Origin: an uncultured virus (IMG/VR IMGVR_UViG_3300020190_000031) | Lineage: Duplodnaviria; Heunggongvirae; Uroviricota; Caudoviricetes | Direction: 5' to 3' (one strand) | DNA: 64,000 nucleotides | Virus record (IMG/VR): IMGVR_UViG_3300020190_000031 | Shown: piece by piece, positions 49,588-57,831 of the stretch | Numbering within the stretch: the stretch's first letter is position 1 | How the letters are laid out: each line of letters starts with the position of its first letter | The notes under the pieces: model-generated | What the model was told of the DNA's origin: nothing | The model's database searches: none | The model's input: only the letters and a program-made list of their open reading frames with translations | Made by a program: the position numbers and the translations under genes

Positions 49588-49826
49588 CAAACAAAACAAA
49601 TGAGACTTTTCGACAAAAAAAATCTTATTATCAGACTTGTGCTTGGATGAATCGCAGCCCAAATCCCTTGCCAATTTTAGAAATTGGGCAGCACGTAGAA
49701 GTAATGAGCTCGCAGCAATGGAGGCCCGGTGAAGTAGTGGAAAGTACAAAATATGGCTGCCATGTTAGACTGAAGCAATCAGATCACATGGTGCGTATTT
49801 ATGACGCACGATGCATTCGTTTTTGA
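49584..49826 (+). CDS. Hypothetical protein (SH3/Tudor-like pattern)
   Basis: GQHVEV.....W.PG.VV. Confidence 0.55.
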   Translation: MTNKTNETFRQKKSYYQTCAWMNRSPNPLPILEIGQHVEVMSSQQWRPGEVVESTKYGCHVRLKQSDHMVRIYDARCIRF

Positions 49827-50277
49827 TTTTACTACCATGTCTGCAAACATTACAATCGCCTCTGTCTGCGATGAAATCAAGCAAATGTTGCTTCAAAAAA
49901 ATATTAGTTACGGAAATAGCGCATTAGAACCTGTAAGGATTTTCAGCAAGTCTGATGACATCGAAGGCCTTTATGTTAGAATTGATGATAAATTAAGTAG
50001 AATTAAAAGGGGATCTGGGCTGTCTTCTGGTGACGAAGATGTACTCAATGATTTAATTGGGTATATGGTATTACTGAAAATTGCTTTAAGGAAAAAAACT
50101 AACAATGATAAAATACATATCGGCCCTTACTATGCAAGCACGGAAGGGCATGATGTGATCACATTTGGCAGCAATCCTGCCTACGGGTCTGCCTCATCTA
50201 CTTTTGATGGAAGTTGGGATGGCTCTGATATCGACGCCATATACGCTTTTGACTTTACTCATCGGTCTCCTGATTGA
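49801..50277 (+). CDS. Nucleotide modification-associated domain 1 (DUF1599-like) protein
   Basis: KN..YGNSA, VRIDDKLSRI, D.L.DLIGY. Confidence 0.75.
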   Translation: MTHDAFVFDFTTMSANITIASVCDEIKQMLLQKNISYGNSALEPVRIFSKSDDIEGLYVRIDDKLSRIKRGSGLSSGDEDVLNDLIGYMVLLKIALRKKTNNDKIHIGPYYASTEGHDVITFGSNPAYGSASSTFDGSWDGSDIDAIYAFDFTHRSPD

Positions 50278-50633
50278 TGGAGTATCCGGAAGTCATCCTT
50301 CCCCTTAGGCTTATGTCTAAGGCAAGGCCTAGGGTGACCAGGTATGGTACTTACATGCCCAAACCATATCAGGAATGGCGCAAGGAATGTGCGGAATTGC
50401 TTAAAGAAGGCTGGCAGTTGGCACCAATTGAACATCCTATAGCTGTTGAAATCGATTGCTATGGGACTGCTCGCGGCGACATTGATAATTATATGGGCGC
50501 TTTATTCGATACTGCGAATGGGATAGTCTGGGTAGATGACCGAGCGTCCATTATTCAACGCGCAACAATTAGCTATTATAAAAGGCCTACTTCCGAAAGC
50601 TTTTGGAAGCTAAGGGTGTTTGACCTGTTATAA
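50274..50633 (+). CDS. rusA: RusA-family Holliday junction resolvase
   Basis: KARPR, DIDNY....FD..NG..W.DD. Confidence 0.85.
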   Translation: MMEYPEVILPLRLMSKARPRVTRYGTYMPKPYQEWRKECAELLKEGWQLAPIEHPIAVEIDCYGTARGDIDNYMGALFDTANGIVWVDDRASIIQRATISYYKRPTSESFWKLRVFDLL

Positions 50634-50653
50634 TAGAAAGAGGATTTTTAAAA

Positions 50654-51538
50654 ATGTCGAGCGACAGAGCTGAAGTTTGCTATTTGCAGGCCGATGGCGA
50701 TTATCGGCGTCAGGCAGGAGAAAGTCAATCTCACTTAAAGTCTATTTTAATCAGCCCTGCTCATTATCAGGCCAATAAAAAACGTAGCTTTCGTTCGTCA
50801 TCTGTTATGATGGTTGGTACGGCTACACATTGCAAGGCGTTAGAGGGTGACAAAACGTTTGAAACAAATTATATTTTAAAGCCAGATTATGTAAAATATA
50901 CAACTAAAGAAGGCCGTGATTGGCGTGACGCCCAACGGGGTAAAACTATTTTAGCCAATGATGGTAATGATCGTCAGTGGGACTCAGTCATCGGCATGAC
51001 TGAGACTTTACGCCAAATGGAATGGTTTAATCCCAAGCAAAAAGATTATCGAAAATTTAACGAGGTTTCGTTTTACTGGGAAGAGCAAGGTATTACCTGT
51101 AAGGCTCGTCTTGATAGAGTTTTAGTATTAAAGGATGAAGTTCACGTTCTTGATCTTAAAACAACTGATTCAATATCTATTGATAAGTTTCAAAGTAAAT
51201 GCGTTGACCTGGGCTATGATTTTCAGGCTGGTTGGTACTCTCATGCTGCCGAATTGGTATATGGCAAACCAGCAAGATTTACATTTGTGGCAATTGAAAG
51301 AAATGAGCCTTGGTCTGTAGGCATATTTGAGGTTCCCCCTGACATGATTCTAGAGGCTAGGCGCAAAAATGAGTTAGCACTTAAAAAATTAAGGCAATGC
51401 CTTGATACAAATGAGTGGCCCGGCGTTGAACTATCCCCTAAAATTTTAGAATATCCGAGATGGTATACACCGGTTTCCGATACACTTGTGTCAGAGCCCG
51501 CTTCTAATATTAACCATGATTTCGTCCCACTCTTCTGA
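50654..51538 (+). CDS. RecE/ExoVIII-like PD-(D/E)XK exonuclease (DUF3799)
   Basis: GTATH...LE, CKARLD, DLKTT, Y..QA..Y; extended -10 TGTTATAAT upstream. Confidence 0.85.
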   Translation: MSSDRAEVCYLQADGDYRRQAGESQSHLKSILISPAHYQANKKRSFRSSSVMMVGTATHCKALEGDKTFETNYILKPDYVKYTTKEGRDWRDAQRGKTILANDGNDRQWDSVIGMTETLRQMEWFNPKQKDYRKFNEVSFYWEEQGITCKARLDRVLVLKDEVHVLDLKTTDSISIDKFQSKCVDLGYDFQAGWYSHAAELVYGKPARFTFVAIERNEPWSVGIFEVPPDMILEARRKNELALKKLRQCLDTNEWPGVELSPKILEYPRWYTPVSDTLVSEPASNINHDFVPLF

Positions 51539-52169
51539 CTGCAAGTTGGTGTGGATTACGCCGAATGCGGAGGAGCTAATTGCTTATTGTGCAAGGGTCT
51601 CAAATCCTAGTGGTCAAAATAATTCGGAAACTGCACCTAAGCTAATTAAGTATTTAATTAAACATAATCATTGGTCACCATTTGAGATGGCCAGCATGTG
51701 CGTTGAAATAAACACAACCCGTGCAATATCGCCGCAAATCTTAAGGCATCGATCATTCAAGTTTCAAGAATTTAGCCAGAGGTATGCTGATGTTAAATCA
51801 TTAGGATCAGCAATAATTCCAGCTCTTCGTCGACAAGATTTAAAAAATCGACAAAATTCAATTGATGATTTGTCTAATAAATTAAAATCTGAATATCGGC
51901 GTAGGATAAGTTGTCTCATTGAAGAATCTGAACACCTTTACCAGGAAATGGTCAGCAATGGCATTGCAAAAGAATGTGCACGGGAAATACTTCCGCTTTG
52001 TTCTCAAACACGACTTTATATGAAAGGAGACATGAGAAGTTTTCTGTGGTATGTATCAGTACGCGGAGGTCCGGAGACACAACTCGAACATAGAAAAATT
52101 GCTTTACAAATTAAAGATATACTTAAAGAGCAAGTTCCCGTTATCCACGACGCCTTTTTCGGTGAGTAA
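51486..52169 (+). CDS. thyX: FAD-dependent thymidylate synthase
   Basis: HWSPFE, QILRHRSFKFQEFSQRY, KECAR..LP. Confidence 0.95.
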   Translation: MCQSPLLILTMISSHSSDCKLVWITPNAEELIAYCARVSNPSGQNNSETAPKLIKYLIKHNHWSPFEMASMCVEINTTRAISPQILRHRSFKFQEFSQRYADVKSLGSAIIPALRRQDLKNRQNSIDDLSNKLKSEYRRRISCLIEESEHLYQEMVSNGIAKECAREILPLCSQTRLYMKGDMRSFLWYVSVRGGPETQLEHRKIALQIKDILKEQVPVIHDAFFGE

Positions 52170-52171
52170 TT

Positions 52172-52360
52172 ATGTTAAAACCCAAAACCTATCCAATACT
52201 ACAACAAGCCATCGAAGAAGGAGTTCTAAGGGGATACAAGAAAGCCCATAAACATGTTGAAAAACCTGATGAAATATTTCTTGTTGAAACAATTATTAAT
52301 TATACAATGGAATCTATATTTGAGTGGTTTGACTTTGACAACTCAGATACGGCATCCTAA
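52172..52360 (+). CDS. Hypothetical protein
   Basis: 62 aa, AIEEG..RG..KAHKH...EWFDF. Confidence 0.65.
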   Translation: MLKPKTYPILQQAIEEGVLRGYKKAHKHVEKPDEIFLVETIINYTMESIFEWFDFDNSDTAS

Positions 52361-52373
52361 CTGGATTCAGTGA

Positions 52374-52967
52374 TTGAATGTGGCTGGTCATTGCTACGAT
52401 TTTCGCAGAGGTTATACACTTAAACCTCGCTTTCAAAAACATGAAAGCGCCAGTCAGTTCAAGGCGTTTCAGGAATATTTGAGAATGGGTGCCAACCGTA
52501 GTTTTGATCCAATTTCAAAATTAGCTCAGGTTGATATTGCTACAGTCAGAGGTTGGTGCAAAAGGTACAACTGGGAAAGCCGAGCTGCTCAATGGGACAA
52601 GGAGCAGGTTGCAATCACATGGCGAGATGCAGACAAAATGAGAGAGCAACGTCATAAACAGTCAATTTTAGAATTTAGAGATGCATCAGAAAGACAAGCT
52701 AGAATGATGATGGAGATCAGTGAAGATCTACTTTCAGTTTTAATTAAGAGAGTTAAAGATGCTCAAGATAGAGGCGAGGAGGTCCCAATGGCTCTTGTAT
52801 CTGGTTTGCTTCGCGCAACAGCAAACATTACAGAGCAATCCCGTCAAGCTTGGGCTTCGGCGTTGGGTGTTGAAGACATGCTCCAACTTGTTGAACAAGA
52901 ACTTGAAAGAGTAACAGTTGAGGAAATTGATGAGGTTGATGATGATATAATTGAGCTAGATGAGTAG
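52374..52967 (+). CDS. Terminase small subunit (putative)
   Basis: HTH with W..RY.W..RA..WD; upstream of TerL; late motif 52351-52359. Confidence 0.7.
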   Translation: MNVAGHCYDFRRGYTLKPRFQKHESASQFKAFQEYLRMGANRSFDPISKLAQVDIATVRGWCKRYNWESRAAQWDKEQVAITWRDADKMREQRHKQSILEFRDASERQARMMMEISEDLLSVLIKRVKDAQDRGEEVPMALVSGLLRATANITEQSRQAWASALGVEDMLQLVEQELERVTVEEIDEVDDDIIELDE

Positions 52968-52971
52968 TATT

Positions 52972-53139
52972 ATGGACGACAACAAATTACAGGTCATTGA
53001 GAATGAGGATGGGAGTTTAACCATTCAATGGGAGGACGACCATCCGTTTGCCGCTATTTTTAATGAATGGAGTGAAGATGACTGGGTAGAAGCCATCAGA
53101 CTTGGTAATGAACGAGCCAGATTAAAAGATGGCGAATAA
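52972..53139 (+). CDS. Small acidic protein (55 aa, not in ORF track)
   Basis: LQVIENEDGSLTIQWEDDHP..IFNEWSEDDW; paralog of 5363..5578. Confidence 0.65.
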   Translation: MDDNKLQVIENEDGSLTIQWEDDHPFAAIFNEWSEDDWVEAIRLGNERARLKDGE

Positions 53140-54652
53140 ATTAGGTAGGGACTATTTACGCCGATCAGCAAGATCTCAGGGGATGTTAAAAGCCCTGAGA
53201 GAAAAGAAACTTAAATTAAAGGAAAAAGGCGAAAAAATTCTGTTCCATAAGTTTATAAAACAAGTATATCCAAATTATAAATTTTATAAATTTCACGCTG
53301 TTCTTATTAAAGAGTTGCAGCGTGTACTAGATGGTGAATGCGACCGGCTGATTTTACAAGTTCCCCCAAGAACAGGCAAGTCGCTGCTTAGTTCTCAATT
53401 ATTGCCAGCGGCTTATTTATTAGCTCACCCAGAGCGTTTTGTAGGTATTTCATCTTACTCTGCAGAGCTCAGCCAAGGATTTTCGAGGAAGGCGAGGGAC
53501 TTTTTCAAGGAGGCTGGCGGACAACTTGATCCGACCTCTCAGGCTGTTAATGCCTGGGGCACGCAAGGGGGTGGGGGATTATGGGCGACAGGTGTGGGAG
53601 GCGCCATAACAGGCCGCTCCGGCCACCTACTAATCATTGACGACCCTGTCAAAAACCGTGAAGAGGCCGAAAGTGGCAGATTGATGGAAAAACTTTGGGA
53701 CTGGTATGCTTCTACTCTTTATACACGTCTGGAACCAGAAGTTGGAGCAATTGTGGTCATTCAGACTAGATGGTCTGAGAACGATATGATTGGTCAACTT
53801 ATTGAAAACGAACAAAATGTTAGTGAAAAGGGTAGAGAGAATTGGACAATTGTAGACTTGCCTGCGTTATATGAAGATGAAGGTAGCAGGCCGCCTCTAC
53901 CTGAGCATTGTAAAGTCGTACCTGACTGGAGGGAAGAGGAAGGCCAGGCGCTTTGTCCACAGAGATACAATGAAGAAGATTATGAAAGAATCAGAGAGGC
54001 AATTGGTGCGAGGGAATTCGCTTCGCTGTATCAACAAAGACCGGCCCCAGTTGGTGGTAATATGTTTAATCCTGACTGGTGGCAGTTTTATGAGCATGAT
54101 ACCGTGATGCCTGATTTTAACAGGATCATGCTCTCTGTTGACTGTACATTTACTGATGCAAATACGAGCGACTTTGTCGTTGGCGCAGTCGTAGGCCAAG
54201 CTGGAAACTCATTTTATGTTTTAGATTTGTATAGGGAGAAAACTGATGTAATTGGAACTATGGCGATGATTTCAAGAATGTATAAACGACATGTTCTTGA
54301 TGGTACTATTATTGAGCTTGCTGCTAGTGGATATGCAGTTTATCAAATGGCCAAGAAAAAAGTACCAGGCTTAATTGGATTCAAGCCAGAAAAAAGCAAG
54401 GAGGCCCGAGCCACAGGCATTGTACCCGTTGTAGAAGCCGGAAATGTCTACTTACCTGTTAGCGCTCCATGGTTAGATGCGTTTATATCGGAATTTAGTC
54501 TATTCCCGGCGGCAAAAAATGATGACCAGGTTGACGCAGTGACAATGGCCATAAATTATTGTTTACAACGAACTGCACCACAATTAACACAGGTTGCCTG
54601 GGGTAGAGGTACAAGATATTTGGGTGATTCTCTCGCAAGTGAATTATGGTGA
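53129..54652 (+). CDS. terL: Terminase large subunit
   Basis: PPRTGKS, ITGRSGHLLIIDDPVK, IQTRW, YQQRP, DDQVDA. Confidence 0.95.
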   Translation: MANKLGRDYLRRSARSQGMLKALREKKLKLKEKGEKILFHKFIKQVYPNYKFYKFHAVLIKELQRVLDGECDRLILQVPPRTGKSLLSSQLLPAAYLLAHPERFVGISSYSAELSQGFSRKARDFFKEAGGQLDPTSQAVNAWGTQGGGGLWATGVGGAITGRSGHLLIIDDPVKNREEAESGRLMEKLWDWYASTLYTRLEPEVGAIVVIQTRWSENDMIGQLIENEQNVSEKGRENWTIVDLPALYEDEGSRPPLPEHCKVVPDWREEEGQALCPQRYNEEDYERIREAIGAREFASLYQQRPAPVGGNMFNPDWWQFYEHDTVMPDFNRIMLSVDCTFTDANTSDFVVGAVVGQAGNSFYVLDLYREKTDVIGTMAMISRMYKRHVLDGTIIELAASGYAVYQMAKKKVPGLIGFKPEKSKEARATGIVPVVEAGNVYLPVSAPWLDAFISEFSLFPAAKNDDQVDAVTMAINYCLQRTAPQLTQVAWGRGTRYLGDSLASELW

Positions 54653-54678
54653 TAGAATGATAGATATCCAATAGTGTT

Positions 54679-55311
54679 ATGGCAAGAAAAGCAAGAAAGT
54701 TTCATTTAAGCAAAGAACAGCAAAAGCTTGCATCTGACAATATAAACCTAGCCAGAAGGGAAGCCTGGCGTTTACAACGCACTACAGATATAGACTATGA
54801 CACATTAGAGGGTGCAGCATTGGAAGGTTTATGCAAAGCAGCTTCAAGATATGATCCTTCTTCGGGATACAAGTTCAGTAGTCTTGCTGTGCCTACAATA
54901 AGGGGTGAATTGTTACATTGGGTTAGAGATAAAACATATTCGATGAGATTAACTCATAGGATGAGAGAAACTTGGATCAAAGGAAGAAAACTTTTATACA
55001 AAGGTTTTTTGGACGACGAGATTGCCGAATCGTTGGGCATTCTCCCTGAGGAATGGCAAGAAATAAAGGGTGTTTGTTCGGGACCACCCTTGGAATTAAA
55101 TGATCAGGCCAAGCCGACTGAAAGCTTAGAGCCTGATGAGATTGACTTCGCCGATAGGTTTCAAGTTGCTACTTTAATGGGATGGTCTCAAATGTTAGAA
55201 CAAGATCAATTAGCAATATTAAACTTTCTGCAAAACAACACTAATCGTATACCTCATTCACAAATTAAAGAGTTCACTCGTTTGGCTAATCTGTTTTATG
55301 AAGATACTTGA
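54679..55311 (+). CDS. Sigma-70 factor, group 3 (SigF-like), region 4 apparently degenerate
   Basis: GLCKAASRYDPSSGYKFSSLAVPTIRGELLHWVRD; no clear C-terminal HTH. Confidence 0.85.
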   Translation: MARKARKFHLSKEQQKLASDNINLARREAWRLQRTTDIDYDTLEGAALEGLCKAASRYDPSSGYKFSSLAVPTIRGELLHWVRDKTYSMRLTHRMRETWIKGRKLLYKGFLDDEIAESLGILPEEWQEIKGVCSGPPLELNDQAKPTESLEPDEIDFADRFQVATLMGWSQMLEQDQLAILNFLQNNTNRIPHSQIKEFTRLANLFYEDT

Positions 55312-55387
55312 AGATTTAATCTAAATTTTGAAGGGTGGTTGCGTCAGTCCAAAAACCCCATACACTGAATCAAGCAAAAAATACCTT

Positions 55388-56962
55388 ATGGCCATTTCTG
55401 CTGAAACAATTGATAAAATTAAATCTTTAAATATTTCGCACATATTAGAGCAGGAGGGTGTTGTTTTAAAAAGGGTGGGTAGGGAATTTATTACACATTG
55501 TGTTTGGCATGAAGATAAAAACCCCTCTCTGACAATATCCGATCAAAAGGGATTTGTGTTTTGCCATGTTTGTCGAGAGGGGGGCGATGCAATACATTTT
55601 GTTCAAAAGAAATATAATTTAAATTTTAGGGAAGCTTGCGAAAAAATTGCTAACAACAATAACATACAGATTATATTAAAAGACGAAGATCCACAAATAG
55701 CAATAGAAAGAAAAAAACAAATTGACAAACAGTTGGATAACGTACAGCAATATCAAAACAAATTTAGATTAGCCTTGAGACAGAGTCAATTTGCAGTAGA
55801 TTTCATTAAAAAGCGAAATATACAACCTATAACATCAAAATTCTTTGGTTTAGGTTATGATGCTAATGAGAACAGACTTGTAATTCCTATTAAGGATTTT
55901 CAAGGAAGGATAGTAGGCTTCACAAGAAGAGCCCTTGACGATAAAAAACCCAAGTATAAAAATACTGAAAATAATATTATTTTTAATAAGTCTGAAATTG
56001 TATTTAATGAATACGATGCATTGGACTCAATAAGAGAATCTGGTCAGTGCATATTTGTTGAGGGTCATATCGATGTTATGGCTTTATGGCAAATCAATAT
56101 CAAAAATGTTGTCGCTCTGCAAGGAACTGCTTCACCATCGGAAAATGTTATTTTTAGAATGATGCGTCGCACGACTAGTTTTGTGCTATGCATGGATGCT
56201 GACGAAGGAGGCAAAAAAGCAATTAGTCTATTTCTTGAAAATGTAAAACAATTTACATTATCTGGCAAGCTTGATGTGAGTATAGCCTCAATACCTATGG
56301 GGAAAGACCCCGATGAGGCTATCACGCAAGGTGTTAACATGAAAGATGTAATAGCCAATTCAATATCATGGATAGATTGGCAACTCGATCAATGGTTTAT
56401 TAATTTAGACTTTAAAAACAATACAAAAGTACAGGAGGTTGAAAAGCATGTCAGGGATCTCATCTCACAATTAACAAGCTCTGCCTTGCGAGCTCATTAT
56501 TACGATAAAGCTGCCATACGTTTAGCGCAAAACAAACAAAATCTTGCCGTTGAGATTTTGAAGAATTTACAATCTGCAAAACCTAATAATAATTCACAAA
56601 ATATTTGGCTGAAGCCTGATAAACTATGGACTAGAAATTTAGTAGAAAAAAGACTTCTTAGACTATATATTCATAGACCTTCTTTGCGATATATGTTGCG
56701 ACCATTAATGGAAAAACTATTTATACCTGACATGGTATGGATGTGGAATAGAATAAATGAATTAGAGGAGTTCTCTTCAGTCGATTGCACCCCTTATAGT
56801 GTGATGGCTATTTTATTATCATCAGAGCCAAGATATTTGCAAAAATTAAGACCACTTGCTCGACCCACAATAGAAATCGATGATTGCAGCGAAGTTATAT
56901 TGCATATTGAAGATACTATGATGATTGATCTAAATCAGCAAAATGAAGGCATTCTATTATGA
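55388..56962 (+). CDS. dnaG: DnaG-type DNA primase
   Basis: CHC2 Zn finger (CVWHEDKNPS..CHVC), PKYKNT, VEG..D, TOPRIM DAD, GKDPD. Confidence 0.92.
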   Translation: MAISAETIDKIKSLNISHILEQEGVVLKRVGREFITHCVWHEDKNPSLTISDQKGFVFCHVCREGGDAIHFVQKKYNLNFREACEKIANNNNIQIILKDEDPQIAIERKKQIDKQLDNVQQYQNKFRLALRQSQFAVDFIKKRNIQPITSKFFGLGYDANENRLVIPIKDFQGRIVGFTRRALDDKKPKYKNTENNIIFNKSEIVFNEYDALDSIRESGQCIFVEGHIDVMALWQINIKNVVALQGTASPSENVIFRMMRRTTSFVLCMDADEGGKKAISLFLENVKQFTLSGKLDVSIASIPMGKDPDEAITQGVNMKDVIANSISWIDWQLDQWFINLDFKNNTKVQEVEKHVRDLISQLTSSALRAHYYDKAAIRLAQNKQNLAVEILKNLQSAKPNNNSQNIWLKPDKLWTRNLVEKRLLRLYIHRPSLRYMLRPLMEKLFIPDMVWMWNRINELEEFSSVDCTPYSVMAILLSSEPRYLQKLRPLARPTIEIDDCSEVILHIEDTMMIDLNQQNEGILL

Positions 56963-57200
56963 TATTTTGGACATGGTAATGAATGCCTTTATGGCTCTGG
57001 CTTTCTTATTGGCTGTCCTCTTTCCTGAACAGCTATTGTTTTACACTGAAAAATTAGAACTAAATATTAAAATTGTTTTGATGGATATTAATTTATTTAT
57101 ACGATCATATTTGATTTACCGTAAACTGAAGGCAGATTCTCAAAAAATGAATTTTGATCTTCCTCAATTTTATTACACACGCATTCAGGATCGTAACTAA
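56943..57200 (+). CDS. Hypothetical membrane protein
   Basis: Hydrophobic N-terminus. Confidence 0.55.
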   Translation: MKAFYYDILDMVMNAFMALAFLLAVLFPEQLLFYTEKLELNIKIVLMDINLFIRSYLIYRKLKADSQKMNFDLPQFYYTRIQDRN

Positions 57201-57349
57201 TGGCTAAGCAAACCGCAGTGGTCTTTGAACCGGCACCGCCCAAGCGTACAAGAATTGGCGATGGGCGTCGAGTTAGGACTCGCCTTGCACAAGGTAGAAC
57301 CAAAAGAAGTTCAGCCCGTAAATTTTATAGGGGCCAAGGCAAGGGTTAA
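57200..57349 (+). CDS. Small Arg-rich protein (49 aa, not in ORF track)
   Basis: TAATG coupling; PKRTRIG.G...K.YRGQG phage mini-protein motif. Confidence 0.65.
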   Translation: MAKQTAVVFEPAPPKRTRIGDGRRVRTRLAQGRTKRSSARKFYRGQGKG

Positions 57350-57353
57350 TCAG

Positions 57354-57632
57354 ATGAATTTTAGGACAGCCGCAATTTCGGACATTATCGAAGAGGTTGA
57401 TCTTCTTTTCCTGGAGGAAAACGTTGCCAAGGCCGCTGTCCTATTGTTCAATTTAAACAAGGAACGCCATGAATTATGGTTGCAACTAAAAGTTGCTTTG
57501 CTGCATTCAGCCATTGGCCATAATCAACTTTTTTTAATGACAAGCATTATAGAGGTTGCGGAAAAAACACATTTGTCTCTCTCGTATCATTTGGTTCCAG
57601 GATTGCACATTGCAGCGCAAGAAATAAAATGA
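57354..57632 (+). CDS. Hypothetical protein
   Basis: 3' part of track ORF 57225..57632; ATG 57354 follows the previous stop. Confidence 0.55.
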   Translation: MNFRTAAISDIIEEVDLLFLEENVAKAAVLLFNLNKERHELWLQLKVALLHSAIGHNQLFLMTSIIEVAEKTHLSLSYHLVPGLHIAAQEIK

Positions 57633-57781
57633 TTGAAGATAGCCTTGATTCCTTAAATAATAATGATAAAAGCGAGGAGCTGTTAGACGAAAGCCCGAAA
57701 TCCCTGTTGCCAACAGGCTTTTGGAACAAAATATGCCAGCAGGAGCCTGGCTATCAAGGTTGCAAACTTTATGATTTATAG
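57629..57781 (+). CDS. CP12-like protein (C-terminal Cys pair only; not in ORF track)
   Basis: Acidic 50 aa ending C-QQEPGYQG-C-KLYDL, matching the CP12 C-x8-C-xxYD terminus; ATGA overlap. Confidence 0.6.
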   Translation: MIEDSLDSLNNNDKSEELLDESPKSLLPTGFWNKICQQEPGYQGCKLYDL

Positions 57782-57831
57782 GTCCTGTTGATCAGTATCC
57801 CGGTAAACTGTTTTTACCGATTATCACAGGG

